Of a stretch of DNA of 64,000 nt, positions 25,530 through 37,486 are shown one piece after another. The number at the start of each line of letters is the position of its first letter. The first letter of the stretch is position 1. Below the pieces are notes generated by a model. That model was not told the DNA's origin, made no database searches, and saw nothing but the letters and a program-made list of their open reading frames with translations. Location: the NCBI RefSeq assembly GCF_963921235.1, contig NC_086125.1, positions 6,386,001-6,450,000 of the forward strand. The letters run 5' to 3'. This DNA comes from Mobula hypostoma. Taxonomy: Eukaryota. Both the position numbers and the translations under genes were made by a program.

Positions 25530-26200
25530 TCCTGTGGAGAGAGTGAGCAATTTCAAGTTCCTGGGCCTGGACACCTCTGAGGACCTAGCCTGGACCCAAC
25601 ATATCGATGCAGCTATAAAGGAGGCAAGATGGTGACTGTATTTCATTCGGAGTTTAAGGAGATTTGGTTGTCACCAAAAACAATCTCAAATTTCTACATC
25701 TGAACCATGGAGTGCAGTCTAACTGGCGGCATCACCAGCTGGTATTAGGGCGTAGGGGGCTACTGTACAGGATCGAAGTAAGCTGCAGAAAGTTGTAAAA
25801 TTAGTCAACTCCATCATGGGCACTAGCCGCTGTAGTATCCAGGACATTGTCAAGGAGAGATGCCTCAAAAAGGCAGTGTCCATCATTAAGCATGCCCATC
25901 ACCCAGGGCATGCCCTCTTCTCATTGCAAACATCAGAGAGGAGGTACAGAAGCCTGAAGGCACACACACAACAATTCAGGAACAGCTTCTTCCCCTCTGC
26001 CATCTGATTTCTGAATGGACATTGAACCCATGAACACTACCTCACAATTTTCCCTATTTGTTACACTACTTATTTGACTATGTAATATATATACTGGCTG
26101 GAATTCATTGTCCCTCTATTATCATGTATTGCATTGTACTGCTGCCGCAAAGTTAACAAATTCCATGATATATACTGGTGATGTAAAACCGGATTCTGAT
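25530..26200 (+). mobile_element. Rex1/Babar-type LINE 3' fragment
   Basis: VERVSNFKFLG and HPGHALFSL...RRYRSLKAHT..FRNSFFPSAI motifs. Confidence 0.8.
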
Positions 26201-26424
26201 AAACTTCCCATACTATTCTAGACATGGTCTCACTAGTTAATTGTACAGTTGTGGTAAGGCCTCCCACTCCCTACGTTTATAGTCTAACCCACTTGAGATA
26301 CAACCCAACATTCCATCAGCTTTGCCAAATACCAACTTGCACTTTATGGTGGCTTTCTGTGTATTATATACAAGGATCCCCAAATCCCTTTACGCTGGAG
26401 CTTTCTATAGTCTTCCTATTTATA

Positions 26425-26630
26425 CAAAAGTTGCTAGCGGGCCAGGCAGCATCTCTAGTAAGAGGTACAGTTGACGTTTCGGGCCGAGACCCTTCGTCAG
26501 GTCCTGACAAAGGGTCTCGGCCCGAAACGTCGACCGTACCTCTTCCTAGAGATGCTGCCTGGCCTGCTGCGTTCACCAGCAACTTTTATGCGTGTTGCTT
26601 GAATTTCCAGCATATGCAGAATTCCTCGTT
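26425..26630. mobile_element. Fold-back Penelope-like mini-insertion
   Basis: Inverted arms centred near 26502 with back-to-back hammerhead motifs; 12-bp TSD TTCCTATTTATA (26413-26424, 26631-26642). Confidence 0.88.
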
Positions 26631-27809
26631 TTCCTATTTATATACTGTTTTACTATTGTTCTTACTGAAGTTAACTTCACATTTCCTGAGCTGTATTTGA
26701 AAGGTGCGAAGTTCAAAGGTGCATGTAATATCAGAGCATGTATACAGTATACAATCTGAAATTAATCTTCTTCGCAGACATCCATGAAACAAAGAAATCC
26801 CAAAGAATGGATGATAGAAACATCAAAGCCCTGAAGCTCCCTCCCACCCTTCCTTCGCACAACCAGTAGCAAAATCATCAGCACTTATTCCCCCCCAACC
26901 GCAGAAGCGCCAATCCCCCCCCCACCCCAACCCACTCCCCACCATGCAAGCAACCGCAGAAGCCCCAAAGAGTCCTTGATCCAGGGTCCACCAACCCCCC
27001 CCACCCCCCCCCCCGGCACCCTGTCTCAAGGAACAACAAGCTCTCACTCTCCATCGAAAGATTTATCAGCTTTTTCCCCATCACTTAACCCAATTCTCTG
27101 AAATTAATTGCTTACATCTTCTCAGCTTGCTCGCTCCCATATTTTGAAACCATCAATCTTTTGGCTATTGTACATTTCCCAACCTGAGGTCCATGGTTAA
27201 CGGTAGTAGGGGTCCAAGGCATAAAATATATTGGGAACCCCTGATTTAAAGGAAAGATGACTATATATTGCCAACAGCTGGAAGTCCAGCACTGATTCCT
27301 GCAACACCTCACTGTTTACAAGATGTCAACCTGAAAATTACGCCAGTATCCCTACTGTGGCTTCCTGCTAAGTTTAGTAGCCTTCTGACCTCATCATACA
27401 ATCTTCGACTCCATGAGGTATTGCAAAGAAACTTTTTGTCGAATGAGGGGCAAGCTTTAAGACGGGAAGCAAGCCAGGGAGGGATGGCAACCTGTGACAA
27501 TGGTGAGGGTGGAGTGACAAAGGGAGAGGGACTTGCCTCGTCTGTGGTGTCCGGGTGGTCAGTTGATTCACAAAGCACTGTCACTTGATAGAAAGAGTGC
27601 AGGGCATGAAGGAATTGCCTAGCAAGACCAAACTTCAAGGATATTTCATGAGCTGTGAAGCACTCAGGGTCTCAGATGATATGAAAGGCACTATGTAAGT
27701 GCAAGTGTTTCCTTCTGAATCAACACAACGGACAGAATGGGCCACCTCATTCACAGAAAGCATGAAAGGCACATCCTGAGTGTCAAGGCATACTCTGGAG
27801 TTAGGGTAT

Positions 27810-29250
27810 AGAAAAGGATGTAGGCAAAAGGCGGGCAACTATAGGCCAGTTAGCATAACATCTGTAGTCGGGAAAGTGCTTGAAGCTGTCATTAAGGAAG
27901 AAATAGTGAAATATTTAGAAAGGAGTGGTTCCATTAGACAGACGCAGCATAGATTCAGAAAGGGCGGGTCCTGTTTGACAAACTTACTGGAGTTCTTTGA
28001 GGACATAATGAGTGCAGTGGATAGAGGGGAACAGTTGGATGTCGTTTACTTGGATTTCCAGAAGGCATTCGATAAGGTGCTGCACAAGAGACTTATAAGT
28101 AAGATACAGATGCATGGAGTCGGAGGAAGTGTATTGGCATGAATAGTGGATTGGTTAACCAATAGAAGGTAGAGAGTTGGTATAAATGGGTGTTTCTCCG
28201 GTTGGCAGTCAGTGGTGAATGGGGTGCTGCAGGGGTCGGTGCTGGGCCCGCAGCTGTTTACCACTTACATTGATGATCTGGAAGAGGGGACTGAGTGTAG
28301 TGCAGCAAAATTTGCTGATGACACTAAACTGAGTGGAAAAGCAAATTATACAGAAGATGTGGAGAGTCTGCAGAGGGATATAGATAGATTAAGTGAGTGG
28401 GCCAAGGTCTGGCAGATGGAATACAATGTTGGTAAATGCGAGATCATCCACTTTGGAAGGAATAATAGAAGAGCAGATTATTATTTAATTGGTGAAAGAT
28501 TGTAGCATACTGTTGTGCAGAGGGACATGGGAGTGCTTGTGCATGAATTGCAAAAAGTTGGCTTGCAGGTACAACAGGTTATTAAGAAGGCAAATGAAAT
28601 GTTGGTCTTCATTGCTAGAGGGATTGAATTCAAGAGCAGGGAGGTCATGTTGCAACTATACAGGGTACTGGTGAGGGCGCACCTGGAGTACTGTGTGCAG
28701 TTCCGGTCTCCATACTTGAGGAAGGATATACTGGCTTTGGAGGCAGTGCAGAGGAGGTTCACCAGGTCGATTCCAGGGATGAAGGGGTTAACCTATGAGG
28801 AGAGATTAAGTGGCTTGGGACTATACTCTCTGGAATTCAGAAGAATGAGAGGGGATCTTATAGAAACATATAAAATTTTGAAAGCGATAGGTAAAAATCG
28901 AAGTTGGAAAGTTGTTTCCATTGGTAGTTGAGACTAGAACTAGGGGACATTGCCTCAAGATTCAGGGGAGAAGATTTAGTACGGAGATGAGGAGAACTGT
29001 TTTTCCCAGAGCGTGGTGAATCTGTGGAATCCTCTGCCCGGGGAAGCAGTTGAGGCTTCTTCACTAAATATATTTAAGAAACAGTTAGATAGGTTTTTAC
29101 ATAGTAGGGAATTAAGGGTTATGGGGAAAAGGCAGGTAGATGGAGCTGAGTTTACGGACAGATCAGCCATGATCTTATTGAATGGTGGGGCGGGCTTGAT
29201 GGGTCGGATGGCCTACTCCTGCTCCTATTTCTTATGTTTTATGTTCTTAT
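27810..29250 (+). mobile_element. CR1 LINE, RT domain to 3' tail, with stops and frameshifts
   Basis: NYRPVSITSVVGK, YLDFQKAFDKV, QGSVLGP, KFADDTK motifs across ORFs 27780-28931. Confidence 0.95.
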
Positions 29251-30134
29251 TAAAGTATACAGCAGATATTAATTTCAACAGTAATCAGCCTTCAGCTCTG
29301 AACATTGATTGTAGATTGAATTTAAAATGCAACAATAGTCTTCCTGAAGCTGCATTTTAGAGTAAATTTTAGAACAGGAAACTCCCAATTGACTGATATA
29401 TCGGCATATGCATGAATGCAATCAACACCCATTGACCCAAGATTCTGCACAAACATGAATATGACGCTGAGTCAACGATAATTAACACTCATTTTGGGTG
29501 CGTTGGTGGGAAGATCCCGATACTTGAAGCATTACATGCAACTCAAAAGCAGCATTGTAACTATAGAAAATATCCTGTTACCTTTGCTCTTTAACATATA
29601 AAAATGTGCTGTAATATTGGATCAGGAAGCCTCTCTCTCAAGTGACTCCAAAGGCTGTCAAGCTTTAGTGTGTGTCCCAAATAAAGGCTCTTATGTTATC
29701 AGCTGTCTCTCTCTCTGGCGGCTTCGTTCACAGTCACAACCAGCCTAGCATGCAAGACTTTGATTGCCTTACTAAAGTCCATACAGATAATGTACATCTC
29801 CTTTCTTTCAGGCGTCTTAGTGACCTCCTTAGAAACTCAAATTAATGAGTAAAGATTTCTGCCTCAAAGCTATGTTAAATGTGTGTGATAAGCCCCTACC
29901 TTCCAAATCCCCTTGGTTCAGATAGCATTAATGTTTCCGGCATGAAATTATATGGCTTATCTCTGGTATCTTATCTTCTTTAGTAACATTGGTTGTCCTT
30001 CAACCTTCACATACCTCAGTTGTAGTGAACAAACCTATAAAAATAGCAACTTGAGATACATCTCGATGGGCCGTGGGTTAATCAAGCCTCAGGTATCCCA
30101 CAATTTACAACACCTTCTCCTCAAGGTGGGAGGA

Positions 30135-31042
30135 GAAGATGCTGGCGTGACACAGCTCACAGCGGCCACTCTGGTGGTGATGTCTGTTATGTGTCAAGTA
30201 GGGTGCCGTGCACAATCCTGATTTGATGGAGACGGACGTGAGAGCACGGAGGAACATCTGGTGAAACTTTTGAAATGCCTGCTTCGCTGTTGCTGCTACT
30301 GTGTGGTCCAGAATCTCCGGAGGAGAAGGCCCCGAGTCCTCGGCTTTGCTTGTTGCTTGGCAGCCGGGGCGGGGTCGAAGCGCTCGGCAGAGGATGGTGC
30401 TTGTGGTGATCTATACATATATATATATGTTGTGACTGGTTACCTGTCTGGACACGCCCCTCTGCTGACTGTTCCTGTGGCTCCTTCCATAGACCCCTGA
30501 ATAAAGGCGATTGTGTCACTGCTCCTCCCCTCAGTCCAGGGCAGATACTCAGCATGGTCGAGGTCACATTTTACTGCTAATAAAAGCCTTTCAGTATTTA
30601 CTCTACTTCCAGTCTTTTGGAGTAATTGATAGTGCATCAGTGCTCGAAGGGGCTGGTTGGAGGCTTGAAGTTTTCGGCCGGACGCAGAATTCGCTGCGGT
30701 TCGGTGCTTCCAATGGTGCTGCATCGGCAAGTTGGCAGCGCTTGGAGGTTCATGGCAGGGAGAGTTCCTCCCTTCTGCCATCTGCGTGAGATGATGGGGC
30801 TATCGGGACTTTGAGACTTTTCTTTTTACCATGCCCATGGTCTGCTCTTTATCAAATTATGGTATTGCTTTGCACGGCTGTAACTATATGTTATAATTAT
30901 GTAGTTTTGTCAGTTTTAGTCTTGGTTTGTCCTGTGTTTTCTTGTGATATCATTCTGGAGGAACGTTGTATCATTTTTTTAATGCATGCATTTCTAAATG
31001 ACAATAAACGAGGACTGGGTGTCCTCATAATCTAAAAAAAAT
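30135..31042 (+). mobile_element. Non-autonomous LINE-related repeat with poly-A end
   Basis: Homologous to 48255-48921; starts AAGATG, ends GTCCTCATAATCT(A)n; interrupted by a solo LTR. Confidence 0.75.
30402..30639 (+). mobile_element. Solo LTR (238 bp)
   Basis: TG...CA termini, 5-bp TSD GTGCT (30397-30401, 30640-30644), internal AATAAA; the empty site is visible in the paralogous copy near 48546. Confidence 0.85.
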
Positions 31043-31357
31043 ACTCATATACCCTTCCGTGAACTTGCATCCTTCTCTTTGGTGAATACAGATGAGAAGG
31101 ACTCATTCTGGACCTCATCCACATCACCCAGCTCCACACATAGATTAACCCTTTGATTCCCAATGGGACCCACTCTTTCCCTGCCTACTCTCTTGTTCTT
31201 GATATAAAAAATCTTGAGATTCTTCTTAACCTGTTATTCTTAACCAAGGAGAATTCATGTGCTTTTTCATTTTGTCCTCTTAACCTGCAAAGCTTGATAT
31301 TTATCTTTGGCGGGGGACTAGAGGAAACCTGATAGACTTGGATTGGGATGTACTTGC

Positions 31358-31447
31358 CTGTCTCCAGTTGGTCTTGCAAGTTCTGCTCAGATGCTTGAAC
31401 CACAGCGTAGCATTCATTCTGCTGCCTGCCAGAAACTTGTAGGAATT
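31358..31447 (-). pseudogene. RALGPS-like PH exon (NSYKFLAGSRMNATLWFKHLSRTCKTNWRQ), acceptor lost, GC donor
   Basis: Strong match to NSYKFQAGNRMNAMLWFKHLS; no AG|GN at the expected position (CTTCCT-AAT); donor CAG|GCAAGT. Confidence 0.92.
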
Positions 31448-31569
31448 AGGAAGCTCAAGGCAGCGTTGAACCACAATTACACAGCACAACACAAAGAAGA
31501 GCAGCAATAATTTGCAAAACAGATAATTGCACTGGTGATAAAAACTAAAAGAGCTCTATTGTGCCCTAT

Positions 31570-32098
31570 GCTCCTGACTCTACATTGGTGAAGCTCGTCA
31601 TAAATTGGGGGAGAACTTCGTCAAGCACCTCAAAAGGGATCCACCAAAAGGGAAGTTCCTGGTGGCCAAACATTTTAACTCCAGTTCCCATTCTTGGTCC
31701 AACACGTTGGTCTACGGCCACCTCTTGTGTCAAGATGAAGCTATCCTCAGGGTTGTAGAACAACACCTTATATTCCATCTGGGAACCCTCCAACCTGATG
31801 GTACGAATTTCCCTCCCCCTCCCTTCTTCATCTATTCCCCACTCTGGTCTCTTACCTCTCCTCACCTGCCTTATCACCTCTCCCCCTCCTTCGCTTTCTC
31901 TATGATCCACTCAGCTTTCTTCCTCCCCAGCCCTTTAACCATTCTGGCTTCACATCACCTTTCAGCCATTCCCCTTCCCCCCCACCCTTTTCATTCTGGT
32001 GCCGTTCCCCTTCTTTCTCAGTCCTGAGGAAGGGTCTCAGCCCGAAACAGCGACATTCATTTCCTTAGATGCTGCCCAACCTGCTGAGTTCCTCCAGT

Positions 32099-32102
<4 letters not shown>
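31570..32102 (+). mobile_element. Older Penelope-like fragment
   Basis: VAKHFNS...EQHLIFHLGTLQPDG; variant hammerhead near 32020-32055. Confidence 0.8.

Positions 32103-32184
<82 letters not shown>
32103..32184. repeat. (TG)n microsatellite
   Basis: Seen directly, one interruption. Confidence 0.97.
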
Positions 32185-32186
<2 letters not shown>

Positions 32187-32689
32187 GCTAAACGAACTTT
32201 AATACTGCTTTGTGCAGCCGAATTTGCAGATGATACAAGATAGGCAGAGGGGCAGGCAGTGTTGAGGAAGCAGGGAGTCTGCAGAAGGACTTGGATAGAT
32301 TGGGAGAATAGGCAAAGAGGAGGCAGATAATATAGATTAGGGAAGTGTATGGCCATGCATTTTGGTAGAAATTTACAAGTTCAAAGTAAATTTATTATCA
32401 AAGTACTTATATGTCACCATACACGACCCTGAGATTCAGTGTATTGCAGGCATACTTAATACATTTATAGAGTGATCGCCAAAACAGAATCAATGAAAGA
32501 CCGCACCAACTTGAGCATTTAACCAGTGTGCAAAAGACAACAAACTGCAAATACAAAAAAAAACTAATAATGAACAAATAAGCAATGAATATTGAGAACA
32601 CGAGATGACAAGCTCTTGACAGTGAGTCTATAGGTTGTGGGAACGTTTCAACGATGGGACAAGTGAAGTTGAGTGACGTCATCCCCTTT

Positions 32690-33360
32690 GGCTGAGGGGT
32701 AATAACTGTTCCTGAACCTGCTGGTGATAATCCTGAGGCTCCTGCACCTTCTACCTGGTGGCAGCAACGAGAAGAGAGCGTGTCCTGGATGGTGGGGGTT
32801 CCTGATGATGGACGCTGCTTTCCTGTGACAATGTTTCATGCAGATGTGCTCAATGATGGAGAGGACTTTACCCATAATGGACTGGGCCATATCCACGACT
32901 TTTAGTATGATTTTCCCATGGTGTTTCCATACAGGGCTGTGATGCAACCAATGTACTCTCTATTACACTTCTGTAGAAGTTTGTCTTGCTGACTTTGAGT
33001 AAGAGGTTGTTGTTATGGAACCCTTCAGTCAGATTTTCAACCTCCCTCCTGTATGCCGATTCACCACCACCTTTGATTTGGTGTATGACGATGGTGTCGT
33101 CAGCAAACTTGAATATGGCATTGGAGCTGTGCTTGGCCACACAGTCATAAGTACAAGGCAAGTAGAGCAGAGGGCCAAGTACAGAGCTCTGTGGGGCACC
33201 TCTTCTGGTGGAGATTGTGGAGGAAATATTGTTTTGCCAATCTGAAATGAATCAGGTCCACAAGCGAGGAAATCAAGGATCCAATTGCACAAGCAGGTAC
33301 TGAAGTCAAGGTCTTGGAGCTTGTTGATTACTTTTGAGGGATGATAGTACTGAAGTGTTC
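32690..33360 (-). mobile_element. Rex1/Babar-type LINE fragment
   Basis: LCNWILDFL, KFADDT and HPGHALFSLLPPGRR motifs. Confidence 0.82.
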
Positions 33361-34435
33361 TTAAAGTTGTTACAGCTGGGAGCGATAATGGGGACAAGCT
33401 CCCAATGCCCATTAAATGGCGTGTGCCTCAAATAGCCTCCGACGACCAAGTCCAGCTCCTGCCCTTCAGGTGTGGCTTAGCTACCAAGAATGGTGGAACC
33501 GTTTCTGCTGACAGGAGGAGAGGCAAAGGCTGGTTACTGGTGCCTTAAAACCAGTTGCTTCAGGAGGCGGATGGGGCTCGGTCAGGCGCGGTTGGCGGCT
33601 CATCGAGGAGAAGGAAAAATCCGATCTCAAATTTCCGCCACCTTGCAGCTATACCCACTCATGGGGAAGGCTTTGGGAGTCAACCCCGAGGAAATAATCC
33701 AGAGCTGGAGTCCCTAAGTCTCTCCGGAAGGCTGCTTGCATGGCGGCCTCAGAGACTGAAATCACAGGATCCTCAGGGGGCTGTGGGAGTTTGCGATGGC
33801 TCCTCCACGTTTTTACGGTCAAAGCCAGCATAAAGGCATTGGGTTCATCACGAAGTGAAGTCCTGCTGTCACCTACGTTGTCTGAAGGGATGGTGGATAA
33901 TATCATGGTATCCATTCATTATCTTTTTTTTTGGGGGGGGTGAGATGAATGTGTGGGGAAGAGTATTTATTTCCCCTCTGGCCTTCACAGTTGCAGAGAA
34001 AATGTTAAATAAAGTATGATAATCAAAACACTAAAAAAAACACTAGGTCTAGTTTTAGACGGGTTACTGCATTGTATCTCTCTATGAGCAAGGAAGGACA
34101 TAGATTTAAGTTAAGGAGTAAAAGACTTAGAGGGTGGATCAGGCGTGAAATGCACCACTTACTTAAATGTAAAAATATACATACTCACTGTAATCCAGTG
34201 TTTTATTGTTATGTATTGCAATGCACTGCTGCCACAAAGTTAACAAATTTCACGACATACGCCGGTGACATTAAATCTGATTCCGAATCCTACTAAGGGT
34301 TCTATGCCGGACTTGAAGCAAGAAGAGAAGGGTCGGATTGAATGGATGAAATACCCAGCACTGAGAACTACTCTTCGTACTGATAAAGAAGCAGGATCCA
34401 GGTTTAAACAGGAAACAAAGGTAGCTATGACTCAC

Positions 34436-34541
34436 CGTGTTCGGGGTCCGTGAGCTGGAACACGTCCTCGCTCTCTGGATCTTCAATCAGGAGAGGTATC
34501 CAACCCACAATCGACAACCTCTTGCAGTAACTCGACTTAAA
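34436..34541 (-). pseudogene. RALGPS-like PH exon (FKSSYCKRLSIVGWIPLLIEDPESEDVFQLTDPEH)
   Basis: ACAG acceptor, GTGAGT donor, 106 nt; FKS...S..GW....DPE..D.F.LTD motif. Confidence 0.92.
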
Positions 34542-35924
34542 CTGTCCCACAACACCAGTAGATAAATTCAATAATTAAAAATAGTTTAAGGTGCCTTCAC
34601 TTTGGACTGAATTAAATAAAATCTTTCTGGTGCTTCAAACTCCAACCTCTGCTCTTTTCCCACCCACCACCCACATACAGTATATATTTTTGAGTGACTG
34701 TATGCTTATTTGCTGTACTCTACGTGTCCTGTGCTGTGTATGACTGATGGCAGTGGGTTTTGCCCTGGAAAAACGGTGTTTCGTTTGGCTCCATTTGTAC
34801 AGGATGGTTGAATGACAATTAAACTTCAACTTGAACACCCAGATACACCAAAAGGGAGATGAACCCAATGTATTTGGGAAAGGGAAAACACAAGGGAAAA
34901 GCAGGATCAGAGAAGTGCAGGAATTGAGGGATCTCGGGAAGCTTGACAGTGTATGGTTAGGAGGCAGTTCAAGTTATTTGACTTCATTTGCCAAGAGCAA
35001 GGACCTGCTTGTGATGACAGCAAGGATACTCATTACAGCTCCTGACACCACACCGTTGGAAGGATGAAGTACCATTGGTGCAGAGATTTATGAGTGAGCT
35101 GTCAGGGTTAGAAAGGTCAAGAGACCAGCTAAATTGGGGCTGTTTATTTTGGAACAGAGGACATGGGAGATATGATTGTGGCATTTAAAATTATGAGAAG
35201 CCAATGTAATTAAGGGACATAAGTTTAAGGCCATCGGACAATGAATTAATGGGGAGGTAATAAAAACTATTTTTCCCCCACTCAAGGGTGGTGGAGGCCT
35301 GAACAAGGTAGAAGCAGAAACATCTAACCCTTTGAAAAGTGATCATGAAAACTCAAACCTATAAACCACTTAATGAACTGTAATCTAAAACACAAAGGAC
35401 AAAGGGCTGGGAAGTAGAATTATTCTGAATAGGTCTCTGTCAATTTGCAGGGATACAATAGACTGAATAGCCTCCTGTGGTACGTGTGCTGGAAGCAGTT
35501 CAGACCCTCGCTGACCCTTCAACAGCGCCTCCCTAGCTAGAAACCTTCACTCAAAGGACATGGCCAAAAGAATGTGATCATTTCTGGTTGTCCCTTCCCG
35601 AAATGGATTCATCCCGACACGCGGGACAGAAGCAAGGTCGCATTGTGTATTCCACGGACCAGCAAATCCCAGCCGGCTTAGCTAACAGAGCGGCGGACAC
35701 CCCTGCTGAAATCCAGAGGAAAACACACAGAGGATGCAGAGGGGGATCACAAAGCCGAGGAAAGAGGACTGGGTCGACACAACAGAGACCTTTGGAGAAG
35801 AGGAATTCGGTGGGTAATACCATTCCGGCTGACCGGAAGTGCACCGAGTGTGGTAAGCGTAAAGGAGTTGCGTGCTTACTGATCTGGTTAACAACGGATC
35901 GTGCAATCTGGGGTATATTATAAA

Positions 35925-36446
35925 GAATGTGTGTATTCACATCCCATTCCCATTCTGATTTGTATATCCACGGCCTCCTCTACTGTAAAGATGAAGCCAC
36001 ACTCAGGTTGAAGGAACAACACCTTATATTCCGTCTGGGTAGCCTCCAACCTGATGGCTTGAACATTGACTTCTCTAACTTCCGCTAGGCCCCACCTCCC
36101 CCTCATACCCCATCCGTTATTTATTTATATACACACATTCTTTCTCTCTCTCTCCTTTTTCTCCCTCTGTCCCTCTGACTATACTCCTTGCCCATCCTCT
36201 GAGTTTTCCCCTCCCCCTTTTCTTTCTCCCTAGGCCTCCTGTCCCATGATCCTCTCATATCCCTTTTGCCAATCACCTGTCCAGCTCTTGGCTCCATCCC
36301 TCCCCCTCCTGTCTTCTCCTATCATTTCGGATCTCCCCCTCCCACTCCCACTTTCAAATCCCTTACTCACTCTTCCTTCAGTTAGTCCTGACGAAGGGTC
36401 TCGGCCCGAAACGTCGACTGTACCTCTTCCTAGAGATGCTGCCTGG
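35925..36446 (+). mobile_element. Young Penelope-like 3' fragment with intact hammerhead
   Basis: GLLYCKDEATLRLKEQHLIFRLGSLQPDGLNIDFSNF, pyrimidine-rich UTR, hammerhead at 36384-36419. Confidence 0.9.
36384..36419 (+). ncRNA. Minimal type-I hammerhead ribozyme motif (Penelope-like element)
   Basis: AGTC-CTGACGA-A-GGGT(CTCG)GCCC-GAAA-CGTC-GACT: stem I AGTC/GACT, conserved cores CUGANGA and GAAA, stem II hairpin, palindromic ACGT stem III, GUC cleavage triplet. Confidence 0.8.
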
Positions 36447-37398
36447 TCTCATTGTCACACTGATAGTTTTTTTGAATTTCCTCTGTACAAGTTACTGTTG
36501 GCTCTCCCACATTACTACAGGAACAATGATATAGAAAACTTTCATTGGCTGAAGATTACTTTAAGATATCATAAAATGTTTAGAGAAATGCAATTATTTT
36601 CCTTCTCATCCTTATCACAAAGTTAGCAGGCGATGAGGTACAAAGCCTCAAATGCTGGCTGTTCATCTCAGACCAAAGCCCAACATGGAAAATATTCCAC
36701 CCACAGCACAAACTAACTTTAAAGAACGTAAATTTGCAGAATTATGTTCTTTAAACCTAAACCTGAAATTGAAAGGGTCAAAATAGCTTCAAACCGAAAC
36801 ATTAACTCTTCCCAGATACCACCTGACCTGCTGCGCGCTTCCAACATTTTGTTAGTATTTTAGATTCAAATTAAATGGTTCAGTTTAATACCAGAGAATG
36901 TATACAGTACACAGCCTGAAATTCTTCCTCTTCTCAGACATCCACAAAAGAAGAAACCCCAAAGAATGAATGATAGACACATGGTTGAATGAGAGATTTT
37001 CAGTGTCTGTGGCTTTTTTAAAAAGTGAGTTTCATTTTGTATGGGGAGGGGTCACTCTTGCTCTCTGGTCTAAAATCAAATGCTGCTGCAAACAGTCAGC
37101 AGGTTGGGCAGCACCTGTGGAAAGAGAAACACTTAACCATTTCAGGTCCAGGATCATTCAACAGAACAAAGAGAGAAAAACAAGTTAGTTTTTTTAGTAT
37201 CAGAGAAGTGAGGAAGGGCTGAGTAGAACAAAGGGAATGTATCCCGGAGGGGAAGCCCATTTGTGCAAGCACATTATGTCTTTGCGTCTATAATGTGGTT
37301 AATAGTATCAAGTCATTCAGTACCCAACTCTCTCTGATAACTGGCCAACAGAAATAAAAGACTGTCAACGAGAGGCAGTGTGAGGACCGATTCCCTAC

Positions 37399-37486
37399 CA
37401 GAGGTTTCTTGCCATTCTTCAGGATAGTTTTCCTCTGCAGAAGACTTTCAATGGTTGCACATCCTTGAACATCAGGCAATACGAGT
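37399..37486 (-). pseudogene. RALGPS-like exon, start of PH domain (LVLPDVQGCATIESLLQRKTILKNGKKPL)
   Basis: CTCTTAG acceptor, GTAGGG donor; matches TIQGVLRRKTLLKEGKKP. An upstream acceptor (exon extending to 37506) would be out of frame. Confidence 0.88.

Noticed and set aside
34542-34560. YWCCGT-reading sequence resembling part of the missing PH exon
   Set aside because: Too short, overlaps the acceptor of the next exon and is out of frame.
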